The position numbers were made by a program, and so were the translations under genes. Source: Candidatus Poseidoniaceae archaeon (GTDB lineage: Archaea > Thermoplasmatota > Poseidoniia > Poseidoniales > Poseidoniaceae). From it: a stretch of DNA of 53,717 nucleotides. The stretch covers positions 1 to 53,717 of the forward strand of contig JAPKFC010000003.1 of the NCBI GenBank assembly GCA_028821785.1, read 5' to 3'. Numbering within the stretch: position 1 is the first letter of the stretch; each line of letters begins with the position of its first letter. Shown here one piece after another: positions 7,930 to 16,171 of the stretch. The notes below the pieces were generated by a model that saw only the letters and a list, made by a program, of their open reading frames with translations, did no database searches and was not told the DNA's origin.

Positions 7930-8940
7930 TCAAATTATCTCCAAGGAAGAAGCAGGCTTATCCGAAATTTGTGCTTGAACCGCTTTGACTATTGCGGAAA
8001 ATGCGATACTACTAGCCCCTTCTGGGTCGCTAACTATTTTGTGAACGCCATCATCTCCACCACGGACGAATCCTGGGTCGAATGGTAATGCTCCCAAGAA
8101 CGGAACACCGAAGTCTTCCGCAGTTGACTTTCCACCTCCCTTTTTGAAAATATCAAGCGTTACTGAAAAGTTTCCATTTTCATCAGATGTTGATTTAATA
8201 GTTTTACCACCTGGTCCAGCGATTTCAACTGAGGAGTTTGCTGCCGTTACGCCATTAATTGTATATCCTGACATGTTTTCAACAACTCCAAGAACAGGTA
8301 CTTTGAGTGATTCTGCGAAGGTGATAGACTTTCTACTATCCAACAAAGCAACCGCTTGTGGAGTTGTGACTATTACCATCCCGTCAATATTTGGAAGTGA
8401 TTGTGATACGGTCAAGGGTTCATCAGATGTCCCTGGCGGGAAATCGATGATAAGGTAATCCAAATTGCCCCATTCAACATCACCAATGAATTGTTGAATC
8501 GCTCCTAACTTGATCGGTCCACGCCAAACAACAGGGGTATCAGGGTCGTCCAATAGGAATGCCATCGAAATTACCTTGACCCCGAGATGTCCTTTGGCAG
8601 GATGAATTCTACCTTGTTCGACATGAAGTTTATGACCGTCTAAACCCATCATTTTTGGAACGTTTGGGCCTGTGATATCGATGTCTAAAATACCAACTTT
8701 GTGACCTTGTTGAGCAAGAGATAGTGCTAATCCTGTGGAAACAGTTGATTTGCCAACTCCTCCTTTACCAGATAATACCATAATCTTGTGTTTGATTTTC
8801 ATCCCAATCTCTTGCATCGACATTTTACGCTTCATTTGCGCGTAATTTTGCTCCATTTCCTTCTTTTGTTGTGGAGATGGTGATACTGGCCCTTGCTCCT
8901 CATTTTTAGGGTCATGTGTGGTGATTGGTGATTCTGCCAT
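7930..8940 (-). CDS. mrp: Mrp/NBP35/ApbC family P-loop ATPase (atypical, no Cys)
   Basis: SGKGGVGKST, LDIDITGPNVP, VVWRGP, IIDFPPGTSD, VTTPQ and ENMS motifs; start moved to MAESP (8940). Confidence 0.92.
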   Translation of the reverse strand: MAESPITTHDPKNEEQGPVSPSPQQKKEMEQNYAQMKRKMSMQEIGMKIKHKIMVLSGKGGVGKSTVSTGLALSLAQQGHKVGILDIDITGPNVPKMMGLDGHKLHVEQGRIHPAKGHLGVKVISMAFLLDDPDTPVVWRGPIKLGAIQQFIGDVEWGNLDYLIIDFPPGTSDEPLTVSQSLPNIDGMVIVTTPQAVALLDSRKSITFAESLKVPVLGVVENMSGYTINGVTAANSSVEIAGPGGKTIKSTSDENGNFSVTLDIFKKGGGKSTAEDFGVPFLGALPFDPGFVRGGDDGVHKIVSDPEGASSIAFSAIVKAVQAQISDKPASSLEII

Positions 8941-8998
8941 GAGCCAATCGTGGTGCGAGTAATACTTCAACCTGTGCGGTGAAAAATAGTGCCAAAAA

Positions 8999-9364
8999 TT
9001 ATAATTCTAATAATTTCAATCTACGTTCAATTTCTTCGGCTGTTGTTTTGTAAACCCCGTATTCTTGGCCGAATGGGTCATCTAACCCCCAATCCTCATC
9101 AATTTTCATCGAAGGGCAATGAACTCCACAACCCATTGAAATCACCATATCGTAATTTTCAGCGGAGAAATCATCAACTGATTTCGGCACCATTCCATCT
9201 GTATTAATACCCCTTGAATGAAGATATCTTTGGGCTTTGGAGGCTATTGTTGCTGAGTTCGGGTGAGTTCCTGCAGAGTCTGCAGTATGCCCCATTGAAC
9301 GGGCTAATCCTTGTGCCATCTGAGAGCGGCATGAGTTCCCGAAGCATACGAATAATAGACGCAT
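8999..9364 (-). CDS. arsC: Low-molecular-weight phosphatase / thioredoxin-type arsenate reductase family
   Basis: CFGNSCRSQMA P-loop, SAGT, MGCGVHCP and WGLDDP motifs. Confidence 0.8.
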   Translation of the reverse strand: MRLLFVCFGNSCRSQMAQGLARSMGHTADSAGTHPNSATIASKAQRYLHSRGINTDGMVPKSVDDFSAENYDMVISMGCGVHCPSMKIDEDWGLDDPFGQEYGVYKTTAEEIERRLKLLEL

Positions 9365-9434
9365 AACTAATCTATCAATTGACTACATATGAAGTTCTCG
9401 CCTACATTTTAGATTGAGAACGATTGGCATTGTT

Positions 9435-9803
9435 ATGGAGTGGCTTAGTAAGGACGGATACTGGCGCGGAATATTGCTTTCTGCTTCACTGTTCGCATCT
9501 CTATTTCTGATCCACATATTACTAGCAGCAAATGGCTATATGACCTTATTCAAAATAGTTGCAATTGTAATAACGATTCAGCTCATTGCTGTTGGACCAA
9601 CGATTATCTTGTTTGGACAAATAAATAATTTACAAACAAAAATAGTTGCATTAAAAATTGGCCTTGTTATTGCAATCCCACTCAATATTGGATTGGGTTG
9701 GGCTTATGCTGGAATGACGATTTCTATTGCTTGGATGACGGCTTTTCCAGTACTAACAACAGTACTACATTTAATCGCTATTCGGCGCACTGAAGCCCTA
9801 TAA
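9435..9803 (+). CDS. Hypothetical 4-TM membrane protein
   Basis: Hydrophobic ORF filling the gap between arsC and the tRNA; ATG at 9435 (track uses TTG at 9414). Confidence 0.6.
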   Translation: MEWLSKDGYWRGILLSASLFASLFLIHILLAANGYMTLFKIVAIVITIQLIAVGPTIILFGQINNLQTKIVALKIGLVIAIPLNIGLGWAYAGMTISIAWMTAFPVLTTVLHLIAIRRTEAL

Positions 9804-9814
9804 TATTGTAGATA

Positions 9815-9886
9815 TGCGAGCGCCGGGACTCGAACCCGGGTTCAAGCGTTGGCAACGCTCGGTGATAACCACTACACTACGCTCGC
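9815..9886 (-). tRNA. tRNA-Gly(GCC), intronless, CCA not encoded
   Basis: Minus strand reads GCGAGCG TA GTGTAGTGGTTATCAC C GAGCG TT GCC AA CGCTT GAAC CCGGGTTCGAGTCCCGG CGCTCGC A: full cloverleaf with a GGTTCGA T-loop. Confidence 0.97.
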
Positions 9887-9913
9887 AGCAGTAGTTGACC
9901 GATTGGACAGGGG

Positions 9914-9919
9914 TATAAA
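9914..9919 (-). promoter_or_regulatory. TATA box of tRNA-Gly
   Basis: TTTATA on the minus strand about 28-33 nt upstream of the tRNA 5' end. Confidence 0.6.
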
Positions 9920-9958
9920 CCGTTGTCGGCATGACTCTTTGCTAATTGCTGAGTAGAT

Positions 9959-12900
9959 TCATTGGAAACCAAAGCGGTCGCCACCGGGATTAGATTTATC
10001 ATCCTCTCCGCCTTGTTTCCTCATTACAAACATTACCACAATTGCTCCCACTATTGCAATAATTCCGAGTGCCATTACCAACGATGAAGATGATATTCCC
10101 CCTCCATCGCTAATAACATTGGATTTTTGTTCTAATGTTACAACAATTGGCACTTCTCCAGTTGCTTCACCGTAAATATCTGATGCTTGCAAGAATAGGG
10201 TATGAGTTCCATCCGGTATTCCACTACGAATTGATAATTGAAGGGAATAAATCCCATCTCCTGCAACTTTATCTCCATTGGAGCCATCATCATAGAGTTT
10301 AGACCAATCTTCATTTTGAGTTATTGGATTGAATACTCCTAATCTTGCACGGACTAACATCACACCATCTGCATCGCTAACTTCAGCCTCCAGTAGTGCA
10401 GTTGCAGTACCATCGCCTCGTATGATTTTAAGTTCTTCTACGACTATTTGTGGAGGCGTATTGAGTACTGAAATTGTAGTTGATATCTGTTCTCCGTCTG
10501 GGAGGCGGTATGGTGTTGCAGCATCTGGTTGGGCGTTATTATCAATGCTGATCCAATGCCGTAAAACTTGCTTGCCGCCGATAGAATCTGTAACGATGAA
10601 TGGAATATCATGTGAGCCCGGAGTCATTCCATTTGGTAAAGTGAAATTTCCTGCCCAAACATCACCATCAAGCAATACCAAATCGGTTAATGGTCCACCA
10701 AATATCCGCATATCAATTTGTACTGATTCCACTTCATGACCATCAAATGCCTTGGCATTAACAATAATCAAATCTCCTCGCTTAGCAATATGTGGAACAA
10801 ATTCAACTGAAGTAAGACGTGGTGCATCATTTACAACTTGAATAATTCCCGTGCCTTGTGTTATCGCTCCGAAGAAATCTGTTATTGTTACATTTAGGGT
10901 GAAGTTTCCAACTTCCAGACCAGGAACCCTAAATTGAGTTGTATATCTATCATCACCAATTGCATTATCTCCTGACAACCCTTTGTCATTTAATGTTACA
11001 ATCGAACCACCTAAAACTGTCAAGTCAACTGTTACGGAATCAATATTCCATTCATCATCAGTAGCATGTGCAACAAGATGTGCTAAAGAAGCACCTTCAC
11101 CTACCACCAATCCTTCTTCCAAGGTCAAGCTAACTAACACTGGGTCAGTATTTTCTTCAGATGTGACAATTGAAGGTGATAATACCCTGTCAATATATTG
11201 GGTTTCATTAAGGAATGCTGATTCATTATCAGTTCCATAATCAATTTCAAAACTTCTAGTGACACTTGAGACTAATCCTCTTAGTGGCCCTTCATCAATA
11301 ATCGAACCAAAGGCTGTACCTGATCCTTCTGAATCACCATAAAATCCGGTCCATTCTACAACATGGAAATTATGATTATCTCTTGGGTCATTTCCAACAG
11401 AATTAGCGACTATTTCTAGAACTATGCCATCTTGTCCGTTCAATCTGACATTATCGCCAATCATCATTGGAATTGGCACTAAGCCAGTTTCTCTTCCAAC
11501 TGTGATATTGCCAAGCGCTTGTTCCATTTCCGGTTGAGTTAGATTATTTTGAATTGGAGAACGTTCAGGTCTCTCATCTCCACTACTAGCATCTGGGCCT
11601 GTTTCTTCCCAAACAATTCGAACTGTTCTGTTATCCCAATGGTTGTTGACACTTTGATAATCCCAAGTGTTATTGTTGTATGCACCAGCACCAGCTCCAT
11701 CAAAGAAATTGCCACCATTGACTCCAGTAATATTGAACCAAGATTCTTCGTGAATTACATTTACTTCGAATTCATCACCGGAATAATTGCTCTCCATTCC
11801 TGAAACCTCAATACCCTTGACTATCCCGAAAGTTCCCTGTACATCACCGGAAAGTGTTCCATCAATGTGGATATCATCGGTTACGGTTTGTCCGTCAACA
11901 ACATCTGTTTCCAAATTGAAAATAGTTCCATTGATGACCATTGTGGCGTTTTCATCTTGATCTTCTGCACCAAATGTTCCATGACCACGGAGATTTTCTC
12001 TGTGTTGAGTACGATTTCCATCTTCCCATCTTTCAAGTATTTCCAGACCATCAAGAGATATGTCCATCCTAAATCCATCATCAATAATAATGAAATCACC
12101 TAGTGCTTCAATTTGGGTATGGCTAAGTTTTCTGACACCGTTTTCATCCCATGTTTCAAACAAAAATACACTGAGTTCAGCATCTATATCAATCGTAGTA
12201 GATGATTCATTGGTTGAATCAATTTGCATTGAACCTCCTGCCTCTAAGCGGATTCGTTCTGAATTTATTCCGTCTATCATGCTGTGGTTAATCCAAGCAT
12301 CACTAACATTAGCAATGATTTGAGTTACTGTGTCATCCTCTTCGGTTGTTATCACGAGGTATCCCCAACCCCTTGCATCAATCACTTGAGAGGTTAACAA
12401 TCCGGCTGTAATGGTTTCATTTTTCCAAATTGAATCTAATACAAAAGACATGTTTGTTGATTCGCCTTCAGTATTCTCTTCGGTTACCATCACGCCATCT
12501 CCCAATTCCCATGAATTGAGGACATCACCGACTCTCTGTTGCCATCCGTGGCCATCAAAACTCAAACTGAAATATTGTTCTCCATCTTCGGTGGTATAAT
12601 TTTGCAATAGATCCCAAGAGGTAGTAAGTGTAATTTCATGATCTGCCATCGGTTGATTCCAAGTTCCGATGTCCATACTTCGTGTGAAAAAATTATTGCT
12701 GGTAGTCGCAACGGAATCAATTGAATTCACTGTGACATCAATCGTTACTTGGTCGCCCCATTGCAGGGTTGAATTCAACAGCAAGTGGGCGGTTCTAACA
12801 CCATCATCATATCCCCATGTTGTAAAAATACTAACTTCTAATTCTGTTCCATTTTGAAGATGTGTTACTTCTGTTGTGATGTCGAATGTTGAATTACTTG

Positions 12901-13072
12901 AGAATTTTAATAAGTATGCATGGTTATTATCCGTTCCACTTTGACTTGTCCAAGCAGTTGTAATTTCAACATTTAATGGGTCAACACCATCTGCATAAAC
13001 AGAAAGTGGAGTGAGCAATAGAAGCCCAATCAGAACAATGGGAGTGATGCGTTTGTTCCCAGACATGAACAT
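9959..13072 (-). CDS. Large acidic secreted surface protein with two choice-of-anchor-X-like motifs and a C-terminal TM anchor
   Basis: Signal peptide (KRITPIVLIGLLLLTPLSVYA); LNDKGLSGDNAIGDDRYT and LYDDGSNGDKVAGDGIYS; Ig-like N(T/D)xP repeats; C-terminal TM followed by RKQ. Start moved to 13072 (or 13066) to avoid overlap with dhs. Confidence 0.75.
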   Translation of the reverse strand: MFMSGNKRITPIVLIGLLLLTPLSVYADGVDPLNVEITTAWTSQSGTDNNHAYLLKFSSNSTFDITTEVTHLQNGTELEVSIFTTWGYDDGVRTAHLLLNSTLQWGDQVTIDVTVNSIDSVATTSNNFFTRSMDIGTWNQPMADHEITLTTSWDLLQNYTTEDGEQYFSLSFDGHGWQQRVGDVLNSWELGDGVMVTEENTEGESTNMSFVLDSIWKNETITAGLLTSQVIDARGWGYLVITTEEDDTVTQIIANVSDAWINHSMIDGINSERIRLEAGGSMQIDSTNESSTTIDIDAELSVFLFETWDENGVRKLSHTQIEALGDFIIIDDGFRMDISLDGLEILERWEDGNRTQHRENLRGHGTFGAEDQDENATMVINGTIFNLETDVVDGQTVTDDIHIDGTLSGDVQGTFGIVKGIEVSGMESNYSGDEFEVNVIHEESWFNITGVNGGNFFDGAGAGAYNNNTWDYQSVNNHWDNRTVRIVWEETGPDASSGDERPERSPIQNNLTQPEMEQALGNITVGRETGLVPIPMMIGDNVRLNGQDGIVLEIVANSVGNDPRDNHNFHVVEWTGFYGDSEGSGTAFGSIIDEGPLRGLVSSVTRSFEIDYGTDNESAFLNETQYIDRVLSPSIVTSEENTDPVLVSLTLEEGLVVGEGASLAHLVAHATDDEWNIDSVTVDLTVLGGSIVTLNDKGLSGDNAIGDDRYTTQFRVPGLEVGNFTLNVTITDFFGAITQGTGIIQVVNDAPRLTSVEFVPHIAKRGDLIIVNAKAFDGHEVESVQIDMRIFGGPLTDLVLLDGDVWAGNFTLPNGMTPGSHDIPFIVTDSIGGKQVLRHWISIDNNAQPDAATPYRLPDGEQISTTISVLNTPPQIVVEELKIIRGDGTATALLEAEVSDADGVMLVRARLGVFNPITQNEDWSKLYDDGSNGDKVAGDGIYSLQLSIRSGIPDGTHTLFLQASDIYGEATGEVPIVVTLEQKSNVISDGGGISSSSLVMALGIIAIVGAIVVMFVMRKQGGEDDKSNPGGDRFGFQ

Positions 13073-13125
13073 AGGATTCTCGCACTCCCATTCAAAGCCT
13101 TTGTTGATTTGTGTTGAATAATAGT

Positions 13126-14076
13126 TCAGATATCTAAAATATAACAAAACATTAGCGGAGCAACAATAGTAGCATCGCTTTCAATTACAAACTTCTCCGT
13201 CTCAACCGAAAGTTTGCCCCAAGTTATTTTTTCATTGGGTGGGGCACCGGAATATCCCCCATAGGAAGGAGTCGATTCCGAGATTTGGCAGAACCAAGAC
13301 CACAAAGGGGTATCTTTTTCCAAGTCTTGATTGAGCATTGGTACTACACAAATTGGGAAATCTCCAGCGATTCCACCACCTAATTGCAAGAATGCCAACG
13401 GATTATTGCATTGACAATACCATTCTGCTAAACTGGTCATATATCCAATTCCACCAGTGATTGTTTGTTGCTCAACTTTACCTTGCATCACTCTTGCAGC
13501 AAATATATTGCCCAATGTTGAATCTTCCCAACCAGGTACGACCAATGGCAGATTTGCTTGTGCTGCTGCTAATAACCACGAATTCTCTGGTAATGCTTGA
13601 TACTCTAATTCATCTTCTAACAAAATATCATAAAAGAATTGGTGTGGTAATTTTGATTGCCCAAGTTGACTACTTTTTTCCCAACGGTCCATTAGATATG
13701 ATTCGATTTTTCGAAATGCTTTATCTTCGGGGATACAGGTATCTGTCACCCGATTCATGTTATTATCGAGTAAATCGGCTTCATCTTGGGCTGATAAGGA
13801 GCGCCAATCATCAATCTTTTGATAATGGTTATGAGCGACTAAATTGAATAAATCTTCTTCCAAGTTTGCACCTGTACATGAGATTGCTGCAATATGTCCT
13901 GCTCTGATCATAGGCGCAATACTGCGCCCGAGTTCAGCCGTTGACATCGCCCCGGCTAAAGTTAAAAATATCTTACCGCCAGATTCTAGAAATTGAAGTA
14001 ATGATTCACTCGCTGATGCTAATGAACCGGCATTAAAATGGCGGTAGTGCTCTTTGACAAACGTTCTCACGGACAT
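13126..14076 (-). CDS. Deoxyhypusine synthase-like protein (bacterial-type; possible homospermidine synthase)
   Basis: HFNA, TLAGAMSTAELG, CTGANLEED, GGGIAGDF and YGGYSGAPPNEKITWGK (catalytic Lys retained). Confidence 0.88.
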   Translation of the reverse strand: MSVRTFVKEHYRHFNAGSLASASESLLQFLESGGKIFLTLAGAMSTAELGRSIAPMIRAGHIAAISCTGANLEEDLFNLVAHNHYQKIDDWRSLSAQDEADLLDNNMNRVTDTCIPEDKAFRKIESYLMDRWEKSSQLGQSKLPHQFFYDILLEDELEYQALPENSWLLAAAQANLPLVVPGWEDSTLGNIFAARVMQGKVEQQTITGGIGYMTSLAEWYCQCNNPLAFLQLGGGIAGDFPICVVPMLNQDLEKDTPLWSWFCQISESTPSYGGYSGAPPNEKITWGKLSVETEKFVIESDATIVAPLMFCYILDI

Positions 14077-14079
14077 TCT

Positions 14080-14481
14080 TCACTCCTCCGTGTTTTCTTC
14101 TTGGTAGAGGAATCTGTCATGATTAGATTTTTTAATTAACTTGAGGTTGGGCATTACTCGTTCAAGGGCAATGTGAATTTGGTCAACTATTGTATCTGGG
14201 TCACATTGGCCGCAAGTAAAACAATCGATTGCAAGCCAACCTTTTTCTGAATAACAATGCGCAGTTACATGTGATTCATCCAGCAATACTACTGCAGCAA
14301 AACCAGGTGGTGAGGTATTGCCATCAAATTGTTCAACATGGGAGTGCACTTCCTTAGCTTCACTATTTATTACAGCATCTCGCATAATTTGTAACATCCA
14401 ATTACCATCGTCATTATCAATTGGCGAATAACCTGTATAATCAACAAAAATATGGCTTCCGTGTGACTTTAAATTGTTCAT
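14080..14481 (-). CDS. speD: S-adenosylmethionine decarboxylase family pyruvoyl proenzyme (SpeD/SpeH-like)
   Basis: GSHIFVD, LLDE-SHVTAH self-cleavage site and IDCFTCG; GGAGG SD; ATGA overlap with speB. Confidence 0.85.
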   Translation of the reverse strand: MNNLKSHGSHIFVDYTGYSPIDNDDGNWMLQIMRDAVINSEAKEVHSHVEQFDGNTSPPGFAAVVLLDESHVTAHCYSEKGWLAIDCFTCGQCDPDTIVDQIHIALERVMPNLKLIKKSNHDRFLYQEENTEE

Positions 14482-15488
14482 TGCAGATCCTCCTTTTGGA
14501 AAAAGATTGAGTCGCCAATTGTTCTGTTTTTACCGATTTGCTGAATCATTGGATTCCATCTGCCTTGGTCTTTAGCGTTAATATGATTAGCAACTATTTT
14601 TGTTGCTAACATCGCTGCTGTAAATTGGGTTAGTGGTGAATCTATTTGCGGTACAATCTCATTGACATCGGCAGAAATTACTGTTGCTTTTTCTGCATTG
14701 AATAAAGATTCGATTGTTTCCACTGCTTGCCAATATGATAGCCCGCCTGGTACCGGGGTTCCTGTTGCAGGTACGATGGACCCATCTAAGCCATCTATGT
14801 CGATACTTAGGTGAACAGGACCTTCTATCTTTGACAATGTATCTAGCCATTGTTGCCATATATCTCTACCTGTTGAATGATTTTGTGTATCCTTAGCGAA
14901 GAAAGTAGTGATTCTATCATCATTAGAAATGGTTTCAAATTCTTCTTGGCTATATGCCCTAATTCCGACTTGTAGTAGTCTTCCCACACCTAAGTCAAGA
15001 CTACGTGAGGCAGCGCATGCATGCGAATATGCCTCGCCACCTAATTGGCTACGAAGGTCTGCGTGGGCATCGATTTGGACAATGGTCAATTTAGATAAAT
15101 CATTGTTGATGAGGGGATGATTTTTGGCAGCATTAACCAAAGGCGGTAAGATTCCATGTTCTCCTCCCAATGAGAGTGGGAAACAATCCCCAGCATACCA
15201 CGGTTGAAGGTAGTTGGAAATACCATCTAATTGCTGCAATAATGAATTACCTTCACCATTCCATGGTTGATTGGTATGAATTGCATTACCTTTTGGTAGA
15301 TCAGTTCCAAGTAGCGAATCAAATAATTCAACTTGCCCACTTGCTTCAACACAAGATTTTGGTCCTTGGGAAGTTCCTTGACCATAAGAAGTGGTCAATT
15401 CATAGGGGATTTGTAAAATAACGACGTCAACAATTCCGTCATTTTCGGGCAAGCCTAGGAAGTTGCCTTCTACAAACATGCCACTCAC
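14478..15488 (-). CDS. speB: Agmatinase (ureohydrolase family)
   Basis: PYELTTSYGQGT, GGEHGI, DAHADLR, YSHAC, SIDIDGLD and TGTPVPGGL motifs. GTG start, alternative ATG at 15479. Confidence 0.88.
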   Translation of the reverse strand: MSGMFVEGNFLGLPENDGIVDVVILQIPYELTTSYGQGTSQGPKSCVEASGQVELFDSLLGTDLPKGNAIHTNQPWNGEGNSLLQQLDGISNYLQPWYAGDCFPLSLGGEHGILPPLVNAAKNHPLINNDLSKLTIVQIDAHADLRSQLGGEAYSHACAASRSLDLGVGRLLQVGIRAYSQEEFETISNDDRITTFFAKDTQNHSTGRDIWQQWLDTLSKIEGPVHLSIDIDGLDGSIVPATGTPVPGGLSYWQAVETIESLFNAEKATVISADVNEIVPQIDSPLTQFTAAMLATKIVANHINAKDQGRWNPMIQQIGKNRTIGDSIFFQKEDLQ

Positions 15489-15704
15489 CGAACTAATTCA
15501 AATCAACATTGCTTAAAAAAAGGACGGACACTAAATCTCTCTCCCGAAGAGCCATATTGAACTTTCTTACTGTCAAAAGTTGTCAATATCAGTCGATTTC
15601 ATGAAAAAACAGCGAGAAGTTAATATGGGTTGGAATACAATACATAAAGGTAGTCGGGGGAGATTATCGGCAATGCCGTATCAATCCTGCGCGGAGGAAT
15701 CATT

Positions 15705-16124
15705 ATGGGAATGACAATGGGAGAATTGACAAGAGCCATTCAACAGCACATCGATATCGAGATGGATTCGGAAGTTGCACAAGGAATGGCCGAACACGCT
15801 TTAGGATTCTTCGGGTTCTATAATAGGATTATTGATAACGCATTAGAACCTACAGACCGCAACTTGTTTTACATGTTCCAAGATTATGACCTACTGACCA
15901 CTGAGTCTGAAGAAACAACACTTTGGGATGGCCGAGAATGGAGAATCCACTATTGGAAGTTCAAGCCAGATTTGCGTGAGCGCGTTGAAGCTTATATGCA
16001 ACGTGATCTAGAACCTGAAGTAATCGACCCATTCGCAGATGTTTATGGTGGCAATGGTGCTGCAATATGGACAAAGGAAGCAGAAAGGGTCAAAAATCCG
16101 AATGCATTCAATGCAGAATGGTAA
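15705..16124 (+). CDS. Conserved Thermoplasmatota protein (DUF6015-like)
   Basis: FFGFYNRIIDNALEPTDRNLFY ... LTTESEETTLWDGREWRIHYW pattern recalled from Thermoplasmata hypotheticals; GGAGG SD. Confidence 0.65.
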   Translation: MGMTMGELTRAIQQHIDIEMDSEVAQGMAEHALGFFGFYNRIIDNALEPTDRNLFYMFQDYDLLTTESEETTLWDGREWRIHYWKFKPDLRERVEAYMQRDLEPEVIDPFADVYGGNGAAIWTKEAERVKNPNAFNAEW

Positions 16125-16171
16125 TCAAGTTTACCACAATTCCAATTAGGGTGGAGTTTAGAGGAGTTTTT

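Noticed and set aside
9815-9886. tRNA-Gly as an integration site for a genomic island
   Set aside because: No duplicated tRNA 3' end, integrase or compositional break seen; flanking genes look like ordinary host genes.
10329-12857. Many + strand ORFs opposite the large surface protein gene
   Set aside because: Antisense shadows rich in Ser/Ile/Pro with no motifs, fully inside a strong gene.
13073-13147. Apparent gene overlaps from long track starts (13147, 16067, 30291, 40836)
   Set aside because: Artefacts of longest-ORF calling; downstream ATGs with signal peptides, SDs or sensible spacing remove the overlaps.
15530-15665. Possible long-range stem TCTCTCTCCCGA / TCGGGGGAGA in the speB-DUF6015 intergenic region
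   Set aside because: Imperfect, low-complexity pairing across about 100 nt; not distinguishable from chance.
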